64,000 nucleotides of DNA from contig JAEOTR010000014.1 in assembly GCA_016839705.1 (NCBI GenBank), positions 1 through 64,000 on the forward strand, written 5' to 3'. The notes under the pieces were generated by a model. The model was not told the origin of the DNA. It did not search any database and saw only the letters and a program-made list of their open reading frames with translations. Both the position numbers and the translations under genes were made by a program. Below, piece after piece: positions 20,251 to 29,853 of the stretch; position 1 is the first letter of the stretch; every line of letters begins with the position of its first letter. Origin of the DNA: Promethearchaeota archaeon (GTDB taxonomy: Archaea; Asgardarchaeota; Lokiarchaeia; Sigyniarchaeales; SOKP01).

Positions 20251-20520
20251 ATGACAACCTCTAATTATATAGTCGAAATTATAATGACTAACAAAGAAAT
20301 GGCACGCGACCCCGTAGGTGCAACAATAAAACGAGATCTTCTCGCAAAAAAAGGATATGATATGATTTCAAATGTTCGCAGTGGACAATATCTTCGCATT
20401 CATATTTCTGCTGAAAAGGAAGAACAAGCAAAAGAGATTGTCGAAGATATGTGTAACAAATTAAGGATATTTAACCCTGTTACCCAAAATTTAACAATTT
20501 TGCAAGTATCGAAATCATGA
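20251..20520 (+). CDS. purS: FGAM synthase subunit PurS
   Basis: DPVG, VRSG, NPV motifs; overlaps purQ. Confidence 0.9.
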   Translation: MTTSNYIVEIIMTNKEMARDPVGATIKRDLLAKKGYDMISNVRSGQYLRIHISAEKEEQAKEIVEDMCNKLRIFNPVTQNLTILQVSKS

Positions 20521-21227
20521 ATATAAAAATTGCCGTAATTCAATTTCCGGCTGCCAACTGCGATTTTGATGCCATTCACGTACTAAATAATGTAATGAAT
20601 ATTAAAGCAGATTTAGTGTGGCATAACCATTTTAAAGAGTCACAATATGATGGAGTTGTTTTGCCAGGGGGTTTTTCATTTGGAGATTATCTAAGAGCAG
20701 GAATAATCGCTGCCCACAGCCCTGCAGTCGATGAAGCGAGAATAATGCTTAAAGATGGAAGACCTGTAATAGGAATATGTAATGGTTTTCAGATTCTAAC
20801 AGAAGCCCAATTTCTTCCTGGCGCGTTATTGCGTAATGAGTCCCTCAAGTTTAGTTGTAAATGGGTGAATCTCAAAGTAGAAAATAATAAGACTGCCTTT
20901 ACTAATAAATTGAAAGTAGGCGATGTGATTGATATTCCCATAGCTCATGGAGAAGGACGTTATTATACTGACGATTTAAAGGGATTGAGAGAAAATAATC
21001 AAATTGTTTTTAGATATTCTAATGAGAAAGGGGAATTCGAAAAAGAAGCTAATCCTAATGGTTCATTAGATAATATTGCTGGGGTATGTAATTTAGAACA
21101 TAATTGTATAGGATTGATGCCTCATCCCGAACGTGCGTCAGAAGCAATTCTAAGCCCAAAAGGAACGGAACATGGGAAGTTGATTTTTGAATCCATGATT
21201 GAGTTTATAAAACGGAGGGTATCATAA
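20517..21227 (+). CDS. purQ: FGAM synthase glutaminase subunit PurQ
   Basis: PGGFSFGDYLRAG, GICNGFQ, IAHGEG, NPNGS, MPHPER. Confidence 0.97.
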   Translation: MNIKIAVIQFPAANCDFDAIHVLNNVMNIKADLVWHNHFKESQYDGVVLPGGFSFGDYLRAGIIAAHSPAVDEARIMLKDGRPVIGICNGFQILTEAQFLPGALLRNESLKFSCKWVNLKVENNKTAFTNKLKVGDVIDIPIAHGEGRYYTDDLKGLRENNQIVFRYSNEKGEFEKEANPNGSLDNIAGVCNLEHNCIGLMPHPERASEAILSPKGTEHGKLIFESMIEFIKRRVS

Positions 21228-23473
21228 TGACGAAGGTAAAGCTTGACGGTGAAGATATTGACGTTGAAATGACAGAAGATGAATTTAAAAAAGTTAATGA
21301 TTTATTGAGTAGAGAACCAAACATCACTGAATTAGGGATGTTTGATGTTATGTGGAGTGAACATTGTTCTTATAAATCATCACGTCCCAAATTAAAATTA
21401 TTTGAGGATGCGGAGGCAAATTATGATTATGTTTTAGCGGGCCCGGGACAAGACGCAGGTGTTATCGATATTGGTGATGGGTATGCTCTAGCGTTCAGAA
21501 TTGAATCCCACAATCACCCTTCAGCTATTGAACCTTATCATGGTGCTGCCACGGGAATCGGTGGAATAATAAGAGATATTTTATGCATGGGTGTTCGACC
21601 AATCGCTCTTTTAGATCCCTTGAGATTTGGGCGTTTAAAAGGCAATCCCCACTCACAGTGGCTGTTTAAATATGTTGTAAAAGGTATTGCGGATTATGGG
21701 AATTGTACAGGAATTCCTACTATTGGAGGGGAAGTTGAGTTTGATGACAGTTTTGAAAGCAACTGCATTGTAAATGTAGCTTGCATAGGTTTGGGAACAA
21801 TTGAAGATTTTAAACATGCGCCAAGTAGAGCTTATAACCCGGGTGATTATTTAATTTTAATGGGAGGATCGACTGGTAGAGATGGAATCCATGGAGTAAC
21901 CTTTGCTTCACGTACGCTAACAGAGATGTCTGAGACTGATAGACCCGCTGTTCAAATTGGTGATCCTTTTATAAAGAAGATGATTATTGAAGCTACTTTA
22001 GAAGCTGTTAAAACGGGATATGTAAGAGGCTTAAAGGATCTTGGAGGAGGGGGCTTAACATGTGCAACTAGTGAATTGACAGGTGACGGGAACACTGGGG
22101 CAAAAGTTGATTTAAAAAAAGTTTTTACTAGAGAACCTGGCATGAATTCTTATGAAATTATGCTTTCTGAATCACAGGAACGAATGGCTTTCATAGTAAA
22201 ACCTGACGGATTAGAAGATATTCTTGATATCTTTACAAAATATGAAATGAATTTTGCTGTAATTGGTAGAACAGATGATTCTAAAGTTCTAAAGGTCTTT
22301 GATGATGAAAAACTGGTAGTAAATATCCCTGCAAAAGCTCTTTCTGAATCACCAACTATTAAACGCGAAGAGAAACGACCTTCCTACTTAGATGAATTAT
22401 TAACCCAAAAAACTCCTGAACCAAATTTGGATTTAGATGAAATAATTTATAAATTAATTGCATCAGAAAATATATGTAGTAAAGAATGGGTTTATCGACA
22501 ATATGATCATGAAGTGGGGGTAAGATCAGTTGTTAAGTGTGGGGAAGGAGATTCTGGAGTTTTAAGAGTCATTGGTACTGATAAATTTATTGCTGCGAGT
22601 GTTGGTGTTAATTCAAAACATTGTTTCTTAGATCCTTATGAAGGGGCAAAAGGGGGATTAGTTGAAGAATGTGGAAATGTAATATCAAACGGTGCTAAAC
22701 CATTGGCGATGGTAAATTGTTGCAATTTTGGAAATCCTGAAATCCCGGAATCATTTTGGTATTTTTCTAAAGCTGTTCAAGGTATGAATGATTTTTGTAG
22801 AGCTCTAAAAATACCTATAGTAGGTGGAAATGTATCATTCTATAACGAAGACGATGTAAAAAAGACCGCGATTAAAGCTACTCCTGAGATTATGATAGTG
22901 GGTATAATTGAAGGTGAAAAGAAAATTATTACTCTCCCTTTTAAGGAGGTGGGGAATGATGTTTTTCTGATTGGGGAAACTAAAGCTGAATTAGGAGGAT
23001 CTGAATACCATTCTGTTATTCACAACCTAGAAGGTGGTAAACCTCCGATTGTAAATGAAGAGATAATACAAAATAGATGGGATTTTCTTTTTGAATTATA
23101 TAATAGAAATCTGGTGAAAGCAAATCATGATGTTAACAAGGGGGGTATTCTAATTACTATTTCAGAGATGTGCTTTAAAAATAAATTGGGAGTTGATCTT
23201 GATTTTGCTGATTGTTATAATGAACATCTAAGAGATGACGAATTTCTATTTAGTGAGTCAGTGGGTAGATTTATTATTGAAACCAGCCCAGAAGATCATG
23301 ATCTTATACTAGACTTAGCTAAAGAGTTTAATATAAATGTAAAAAAAATTGGTTTATTGATTTCTAAACCTATAATTAGCGTAAGTGGACTAAAATCTGA
23401 CCAATTCAATCTCAACTTAGATAAAATGAAGGAATTATATGACTCTACAATACCAAACTTGATGGAAATTTAA
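21227..23473 (+). CDS. purL: FGAM synthase subunit PurL
   Basis: WSEHCSYKSS, ESHNHPS, DLGGGG, SESQER, GGNVSFYN. Confidence 0.97.
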   Translation: MTKVKLDGEDIDVEMTEDEFKKVNDLLSREPNITELGMFDVMWSEHCSYKSSRPKLKLFEDAEANYDYVLAGPGQDAGVIDIGDGYALAFRIESHNHPSAIEPYHGAATGIGGIIRDILCMGVRPIALLDPLRFGRLKGNPHSQWLFKYVVKGIADYGNCTGIPTIGGEVEFDDSFESNCIVNVACIGLGTIEDFKHAPSRAYNPGDYLILMGGSTGRDGIHGVTFASRTLTEMSETDRPAVQIGDPFIKKMIIEATLEAVKTGYVRGLKDLGGGGLTCATSELTGDGNTGAKVDLKKVFTREPGMNSYEIMLSESQERMAFIVKPDGLEDILDIFTKYEMNFAVIGRTDDSKVLKVFDDEKLVVNIPAKALSESPTIKREEKRPSYLDELLTQKTPEPNLDLDEIIYKLIASENICSKEWVYRQYDHEVGVRSVVKCGEGDSGVLRVIGTDKFIAASVGVNSKHCFLDPYEGAKGGLVEECGNVISNGAKPLAMVNCCNFGNPEIPESFWYFSKAVQGMNDFCRALKIPIVGGNVSFYNEDDVKKTAIKATPEIMIVGIIEGEKKIITLPFKEVGNDVFLIGETKAELGGSEYHSVIHNLEGGKPPIVNEEIIQNRWDFLFELYNRNLVKANHDVNKGGILITISEMCFKNKLGVDLDFADCYNEHLRDDEFLFSESVGRFIIETSPEDHDLILDLAKEFNINVKKIGLLISKPIISVSGLKSDQFNLNLDKMKELYDSTIPNLMEI

Positions 23474-23566
23474 TTGAGATGTTTTTGGTAAATATTTTCA
23501 ATTCACTACAGTTTATGGCTTAAATTGATTAATTTAAGAAATAAAATATCATTTGATATTCAACAT

Positions 23567-23589
23567 TGTTCGTCTTTCACGAACATTTT
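23567..23589 (+). promoter_or_regulatory. Inverted repeat TGTTCGT-N5-ACGAACA followed by T-run (operator or terminator)
   Basis: Perfect 7-bp arms; a 16-mer from it recurs upstream of pyrE. Confidence 0.4.
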
Positions 23590-23671
23590 TAAATCAAAAC
23601 CAAAACTTTGATATATTTTCCTAATTTAAAATAATATTGAAGTACTACTGAATTAATTGGGAAGTGAGATC

Positions 23672-23878
23672 ATGAGTCTTCGTTGTCGTGCTTGTATTAA
23701 ATGCAAAACATATATTGTAATTCATGCTGATAATCCCGTAAATCAGGTAGAAATAAAAAATTTTGAAAGAAAACATACAAGCCATACCATTATGACCGTG
23801 GATCTTAATGAAGTGAAAGGAATTTATAGTCCATTTGCAAGTAATGGTGGCGTTAATCCGTCTGAAGAAAATGGTTAA
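23672..23878 (+). CDS. Small putative Zn-binding protein (CxxC...HxxH)
   Basis: CRACIKC and HTSH. ATG 23672 follows GTGAG. Confidence 0.65.
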   Translation: MSLRCRACIKCKTYIVIHADNPVNQVEIKNFERKHTSHTIMTVDLNEVKGIYSPFASNGGVNPSEENG

Positions 23879-24165
23879 TATTCTTTAGAGTTTGGTATTT
23901 TCTTACTTATTTTTAAATGATTGTTTACATTTCTGAAATTAATTAAATTTTAATAGGAATATTATCTTTGGAATCTAGGAAATGTCCAAATCTAATATGA
24001 GCAACTTATATAAAACTCTCTTTTAATATAAGAATAGGTACCCAAACCAGTAAATTACATAAAAAGATTCATGCAGAAAGGAGATTTAAGCAAAAATCAA
24101 ATAATGAAAGAACTGGAGGATACTTGTTTATAAATTCAAAAAGAAAAAACTCTGACGAAAATAAT

Positions 24166-24639
24166 ATGCAGGAGATTAAAAAGAAGTGTGATTTTTTAAA
24201 GCACTTATTTGACATAATAAATGATGGCGCTACGGGATTTGAACTAGCTTATGAAGTTGAGAAAAATCTAGAAGTTAAAAGTTTAATTTATGATGGCATT
24301 TTGTTTTACAACACATTTATAGAAATTGGGAGTAAGAAATTTCTGGATGTTCCTGATAAAGTTAAAAAAGATTATCAATCTTTTAAAACAATTGAAGATA
24401 CTGAAAAATTTATATTTATGGTATGGTTAAAAGATACAATCACCACACTGGAGAAAAAAATCCAACCTAAAGAGGATTATGCGAAATTTGTTGAAGCTAA
24501 AAAGGCCCAAGAGATAAGGGAAGCTATGGAGAAATTACACAAAAGACTGACTCATTGTAAAAATTGTGGGGCACAGATTCGAAGTAAAAAACAATTATTA
24601 TGTGAGGGATGTGGAGAAATCCTTATGGAAGGTATTTAA
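24166..24639 (+). CDS. Hypothetical protein with C-terminal zinc ribbon
   Basis: CKNCG...CEGCG after a coiled-coil-like helix. ATG 24166 (track start TTG 24124). Confidence 0.65.
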   Translation: MQEIKKKCDFLKHLFDIINDGATGFELAYEVEKNLEVKSLIYDGILFYNTFIEIGSKKFLDVPDKVKKDYQSFKTIEDTEKFIFMVWLKDTITTLEKKIQPKEDYAKFVEAKKAQEIREAMEKLHKRLTHCKNCGAQIRSKKQLLCEGCGEILMEGI

Positions 24640-24734
24640 CAAAAACAAAGATCGAGCTCCTTAGTTAAAAACTTCACTCTTCCTAAGTAAATACTAATAA
24701 AAAAAGAAAAAAATATTATTTAAATTTAAACATT

Positions 24735-26204
24735 TTAACTTTCAATCTTGGTACCACACCATTTACAGAACTTTTCTGTTTCTGTGAGTTTACTCCCACA
24801 CAATGAACAGGTTTTTGCGCTTGCGGGGGTTATTACATCAGAGCTTACAGTCTGTCTCCCTTCCACTTTCCCCCCACATTTAGGGCAAAATTTTGAATCA
24901 CTATGCAGTGTAGCACCGCAACGAATACAATTAAGTTCTGTGATTGGAGCTTTCTTGTATGGGGATCCTTTAGTCCCTTTAGCAGGCGTTTTCTCAGGTT
25001 CTTTAAGCTTGAGCTTTTTTTGACCTCTTCTTGAGACAACTGCTGCGATTATTACAATTGCAACGACTCCTAGGATAATCCAAAAGATCCATTGTATATC
25101 AATCCATCTCTCAGTAGAAGATTTCCCCGTATCATAACTCACATCGAAAGTAATGGTTGTAGATTCCTCGGGTGAATTCATTGGATCAAAATAAATGAAG
25201 AAATACCAATTTCCTGCTTTAGGAACATAAAAAGTTTCACCTAATATATCTTTTGTTTCATTTCTATGAAAATCCATTAGAGTGAAATCTACAACTCCAC
25301 TTTCTGTGAAATTTACGGTAAAGTCAACATCAACGCTTGTCCCCCCATCGTTATACCAAACCACATAATAGTCATTTGCACTCGGTATTGCTAGAGATCC
25401 TGTGTCGCCATTAGTATTTGGCTCATCTACATAAAAAGATGGTGAACCTCCTTGATCCCATAAATAAAGATCATTACCATCTCCAATGAAGAAATCTACT
25501 AGTCCAGATGTGTTAAAGACATAATCTATTGATGATCCGGGTCTTAAGAAAAACCAAAGGTATTCATATTCATTATTAAGGAGATTAATTGAACCGATTT
25601 CGGTGGTAAGGAAAGATCTCGTGGGTACAGATTCAAATGGACGATCATCAATACCAAAGTTTATATCAGCTATAGAAGATTGGATTCTATTAATCGTGAT
25701 GCCATTATCTTTTTCAATATATTCAAATTCATACCAGAATTCATTATAATACAATGTCTCTGTGGAACGATATGACACATTACCATTCACATCTGCATCG
25801 CTAAACGGGAACAAGAATGCAACACCTGCTATTGGAAGCAAAATTAGAGCTAAGGTGATTACAAGTACAACACCTCCACCAACATATACCGGAGAATAAT
25901 ACCAAGGACGATAATAATGTCCTGCCCACCATGGATTATACCACCAACGGTAATACCAAGGTCGATGGTACCACCACCAGGGTCTATAATATCTACGATG
26001 TGGTCTATATCCTCTGTGAGAATAAGGTCCGGATCTTGATGTTACTCGAGAAGCACCCGTCCTCCCAAATGGTCTCCCACTTGGTCTACCATAACCACTC
26101 CGACCTCCGAATCCACCACCGCGAAAACCACCACCTCTGAATCCACCTCCACCACCGCGAAAACCACCACCGCCTCGGAATCCACCTCCACCTCCTCTAG
26201 GCAT
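24735..26204 (-). CDS. Two-TM protein: RGG/aromatic low-complexity N-terminus, APD1-4-like extracytoplasmic beta domain, C-terminal double zinc ribbon
   Basis: FRGG repeats, W/Y-rich tract, two hydrophobic segments, four CxxCG motifs. Confidence 0.7.
   Translation of the reverse strand: MPRGGGGGFRGGGGFRGGGGGFRGGGFRGGGFGGRSGYGRPSGRPFGRTGASRVTSRSGPYSHRGYRPHRRYYRPWWWYHRPWYYRWWYNPWWAGHYYRPWYYSPVYVGGGVVLVITLALILLPIAGVAFLFPFSDADVNGNVSYRSTETLYYNEFWYEFEYIEKDNGITINRIQSSIADINFGIDDRPFESVPTRSFLTTEIGSINLLNNEYEYLWFFLRPGSSIDYVFNTSGLVDFFIGDGNDLYLWDQGGSPSFYVDEPNTNGDTGSLAIPSANDYYVVWYNDGGTSVDVDFTVNFTESGVVDFTLMDFHRNETKDILGETFYVPKAGNWYFFIYFDPMNSPEESTTITFDVSYDTGKSSTERWIDIQWIFWIILGVVAIVIIAAVVSRRGQKKLKLKEPEKTPAKGTKGSPYKKAPITELNCIRCGATLHSDSKFCPKCGGKVEGRQTVSSDVITPASAKTCSLCGSKLTETEKFCKWCGTKIES
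26095..26201 (-). repeat. Coding low-complexity GGT/GGA repeat encoding GGG(G)FR units
   Basis: Repeated CCACC units on the + strand; GC-rich patch in AT-rich DNA. Confidence 0.8.
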
Positions 26205-26206
26205 TT

Positions 26207-27217
26207 TTAACTTGCCACCTCTTTCTTCATAGATTCAACAGTTTCCTTTTCCCTAAAGATGTAATCTCTATTTATGGCTAGTAATACTAGAATCATTGAT
26301 AAAATTGACAATGTTAATCCAATGCTATCAATTGTTATAATAGGTTTAGGGATTGCAGTTGCAAAAGCAATACCAAACAAAATCCACTCAAAAACCATAA
26401 AGAACACAAAAAGTCCAGGAATTATTGTCCTCACAATTCTACCCGTTTGCAAGTTTCTGGTGTCAGAAAAGCTCACGTATATTATGGAGAACAAACAGAT
26501 TATTCCAAAAATCAATAAGAATATGCTAAATATCGCTATTACAATCCATATTGGATGGAGTCTGCCTATTTCAAGAAAAGGTGCTATTATACTTAAACTC
26601 CTAGCTTCAAACAAATAGTAGGTTACTTTTCCACCTCCAGTCAAAATAGACCCCAACAAGCTCCAAAGATCATCTGAACTCCCGGAAAAAAAGCCATATA
26701 CCCCAGTAAGTGGTAGAATAATACCCAAAGTAAATGCTAGTATAACACATACGCTAGCAAACCAAAATTCGGCAACCCTTGTATTTCTTACGGGAATTAA
26801 TCCAATTTCATCTACGTTCTGATCAGGTATGTAACTCCAACAATCTTGGATGGTACTTACTCCAATCAATTTTCCATTCTCAACTACAGGAACTACATTT
26901 ACATTTAAATCACGCATACGTGTAAATGCTTCCACAACTGGCGTGTTTAGGGATACAGGTGTAATATTATACATTGTACTAAGAATTTTCTCAGATTTTG
27001 AGTCTTTTCCTTCTGCTACAATATTCTGTACGATATCAATATCTGCGATAACACCAAGAACTTTTTGTGCCTCTCCTTCAACTACAACCAAATCTGGAAC
27101 CCCTAGTTCTTTCATTTTTTTAGCTGCTTCTTGAATTGTTGCTTTTGAGTCAATTATGCCATATTCATCATCGATGACAAGATCTTTTACAAAATATTCT
27201 TTTTTAGTTAATGTCAT
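26207..27217 (-). CDS. CBS-pair protein with four C-terminal TM helices
   Basis: Tandem CBS motifs (LVVV..VLGVI..DI; VPVVENGKLIGV) followed by hydrophobic helices; 2-nt gap to the downstream gene. Confidence 0.8.
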   Translation of the reverse strand: MTLTKKEYFVKDLVIDDEYGIIDSKATIQEAAKKMKELGVPDLVVVEGEAQKVLGVIADIDIVQNIVAEGKDSKSEKILSTMYNITPVSLNTPVVEAFTRMRDLNVNVVPVVENGKLIGVSTIQDCWSYIPDQNVDEIGLIPVRNTRVAEFWFASVCVILAFTLGIILPLTGVYGFFSGSSDDLWSLLGSILTGGGKVTYYLFEARSLSIIAPFLEIGRLHPIWIVIAIFSIFLLIFGIICLFSIIYVSFSDTRNLQTGRIVRTIIPGLFVFFMVFEWILFGIAFATAIPKPIITIDSIGLTLSILSMILVLLAINRDYIFREKETVESMKKEVAS

Positions 27218-27438
27218 AAATTATGCATCTCATTTTTCTGTTAAATTAATTTTCTATGAAAAATACGCAATATAAAATATTTAAATGTTTTTGTTAAACG
27301 GAATTACTCATAGCAAAAATTAGTCTCTTAAAAATTGGTCTATATATCCTTTAAATTACCTAATCTATAATTTTGTTATTCTTACTCAAAATTTTACAAA
27401 TCGACAATAGAATATTAGATTATCATAATAGTAAATAA

Positions 27439-28230
27439 TTAAAAGAAATCTATTAGGGAACTAAAGGATTCAATTATTATTGATAGTTTTATTTGAGATT
27501 TACTAGGTTTATAAAACCTTCCTTTCCCTGTTTTTACTAATATCCCTTGAATCCCCGCGTTTATAGCACCATGAATGTCAGATTCAGGATCATCCCCAAT
27601 TACAAGTACCTCATCTGTATTAAGATCAATTCTTTTTAATGCTTGCAAGAAGTACTCTTTTGAAGGTTTGCCAAAAATCTTTGGATCTACATTTGCCGCA
27701 TAAGCAATCATCTGTACAAATGATCCCGTATCTATTACAGGTTCTCCATCCCGATCAAGAAAATACTTATTACCCTGTGTTCCAAGAAGTTGAGCACCTT
27801 TAATCACATATCTAAACGCTTTATTTAAACGATTCACATCCCAATTATCATGAAAGTCACCTATAATTACAAATTCAGGAATTTCAGAACCACTTACCAT
27901 CGGAAAATCTTGAAATTCCTTTTCAACTTCGCTAGTAGTAACAAAAAATGATTTTTTTGATGGGTTTTCAGATAAGAATTCTTTCAAAGCAATTATTGGT
28001 GTAAATATTTCATCCTCATTGATATAAAATCCATATTCCTTCAAAATTTTTAGAATAGTACGAGGAGATTTACTATCGGTATTCGTGAAAAACAGAAATT
28101 TTAATCCTTTTTTTCTGAGTTTTGAAAGCGTCGCAATAGCTCCTGGAATCGGCGCCCCTTTATAGAAAAGAGTACCATCTATATCGGTAAGAATTCCCTT
28201 AATATTACTAAAATTTTTGTTTTCGCCCAT
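27439..28230 (-). CDS. HAD subfamily IIA hydrolase (LHPP/HDHD2/NagD-like)
   Basis: DIDGTL, FTN, GKP, IGDD.ESDI.GA, VKTGK. Confidence 0.9.
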   Translation of the reverse strand: MGENKNFSNIKGILTDIDGTLFYKGAPIPGAIATLSKLRKKGLKFLFFTNTDSKSPRTILKILKEYGFYINEDEIFTPIIALKEFLSENPSKKSFFVTTSEVEKEFQDFPMVSGSEIPEFVIIGDFHDNWDVNRLNKAFRYVIKGAQLLGTQGNKYFLDRDGEPVIDTGSFVQMIAYAANVDPKIFGKPSKEYFLQALKRIDLNTDEVLVIGDDPESDIHGAINAGIQGILVKTGKGRFYKPSKSQIKLSIIIESFSSLIDFF

Positions 28231-28234
28231 ATTT

Positions 28235-28807
28235 CTACCCAATAACATGAAAATCCTTTACACTTATAAGAGAATGAACTCTAATCAAATGATCTTTCTC
28301 AAAATCCGCAAGATTATCCATTGATCTATCAACAAAAATAAATAAATCTTTAACCTTAGCTCCTTCTTCTCTCAATGCATTTATCGCAAAGAGTTTACTA
28401 AAACCACTGGAGATTAAATCATCAACTAAAAGAATTTTTTGCCCTTTTTTGATTTTTCCTTCAACCATTTTCTTGAGTCCGTGCTTTTTTGGCTCTTTTC
28501 TTAAAATATAAAATGGTTTGTGGAGTTGATTAGCAATCATTGTACCGAAAGGTATACCTGCGAGAGGTATAGCAACTACGCCCTCAAAATCAATGTTTTT
28601 TTTTATATAATCGACTGCAAAGTTAACTATTTTTTCAAATGCTTCCGGAAAATTAGGAATGACTCGCAAATCTATATAATATTGAGATTTTTCACCAGAT
28701 GCTAGGGTAAAATCACCGAATTTCAGTGCACCGGTTTCTTTTAAAATTTTAATTATAATTTCTTTGATATATGCATTACCTTTTCGTTTATTTTTTTCAA
28801 GTATCAT
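28235..28807 (-). CDS. pyrE: Orotate phosphoribosyltransferase
   Basis: FGDFTLASG.KS.YYID, RKEPKKHG, VDDLISSG. Confidence 0.93.
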   Translation of the reverse strand: MILEKNKRKGNAYIKEIIIKILKETGALKFGDFTLASGEKSQYYIDLRVIPNFPEAFEKIVNFAVDYIKKNIDFEGVVAIPLAGIPFGTMIANQLHKPFYILRKEPKKHGLKKMVEGKIKKGQKILLVDDLISSGFSKLFAINALREEGAKVKDLFIFVDRSMDNLADFEKDHLIRVHSLISVKDFHVIG

Positions 28808-28961
28808 TTATCTATTATAGGTATTTAACTTCATTTCCTTTTAAAAATTTATAGAATAATATCTTAAGAAAATGTTCGTGAAAGCTTCATTTCAGGTATT
28901 TTTGTATAGCTCAGGGTAATATCCAGAGAATATCGAAAATCTATTACCATAGATTATGCAT

Positions 28962-29750
28962 TTAATTTATTTCTCTCACTTGGATGGGTGGGCGAGGAGG
29001 TGCTCGAAAATATTTTACTGAAGGATATCCGAGTGTCATAACTCCCAAAACATATGTTTCGATACCAGTAAGATCTTTACATATATGTGGAAAATCAGTC
29101 AGAATTCCGTGAGCATATCCTATCCAACAACTTCCTAAACCCAGAGTTTCTGCACTTAACATACCATATGTCATGGCAATCGTTGAATTTCTTGTATCCC
29201 ATGGGTTTTTAGAATAGATAATAAGAACATGTGGAGCATTATAAAATATAGGATCATATCCTTTTTCCCTACTACTTTTAAAAAGTTCTCTCGTATCTGA
29301 TGATTCTAGAACGTTTATAATCGAATCTGTTAAATGATTTATTCTTTCTTTACTAGAAATTACCAAACACTTTAAATTTCTCATATTCCCTCCTGTTGGA
29401 GCATATCTCATTGAATTAATTATTCTCTTAATTGATTCTTCTGAAACTTTTTCACTGCTGTATTGTCGGACTGATCGTTTAACACGAAATAATTTGTGTA
29501 TTGATTCAAACGAGATATATGTGCTGGAATCTTGGCTTAACTCAAATTCTAAAATTTCATCTTCCATATCTTCGTGTATTATCGCATTTTCAGGACAAAC
29601 TGAAATACAATGTCCGCACAAAATACAATTTGACTCATTAAAAACGACTTTTTTTTGAGAGTCATCTATGCTGAAATTTCTAGTTGGACAGTCCTTTATA
29701 CAAGCCTGACAGTTAGAACATTTTTTAATATCAATTCCTATAATTGGCAT
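28962..29750 (-). CDS. Nitroreductase fused to 2[4Fe-4S] ferredoxin
   Basis: Two CxxCxxCxxxCP motifs, RSVRQY, APTGGN, LGSCWIG. Confidence 0.9.
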   Translation of the reverse strand: MPIIGIDIKKCSNCQACIKDCPTRNFSIDDSQKKVVFNESNCILCGHCISVCPENAIIHEDMEDEILEFELSQDSSTYISFESIHKLFRVKRSVRQYSSEKVSEESIKRIINSMRYAPTGGNMRNLKCLVISSKERINHLTDSIINVLESSDTRELFKSSREKGYDPIFYNAPHVLIIYSKNPWDTRNSTIAMTYGMLSAETLGLGSCWIGYAHGILTDFPHICKDLTGIETYVLGVMTLGYPSVKYFRAPPRPPIQVREIN

Positions 29751-29853
29751 TATAATTAATACTGAATTTTGATCCTTATTATAATTATGAACTTGGAAAT
29801 GACTTTATTTTGACCCGTAAGTTTAAATAGGTTCAATTTATCTATATTACGAG

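Noticed and set aside
26095-26201. CCACC repeats as a CRISPR array or non-coding tandem repeat
   Set aside because: No repeat-spacer structure; explained by Gly codons on the minus strand.
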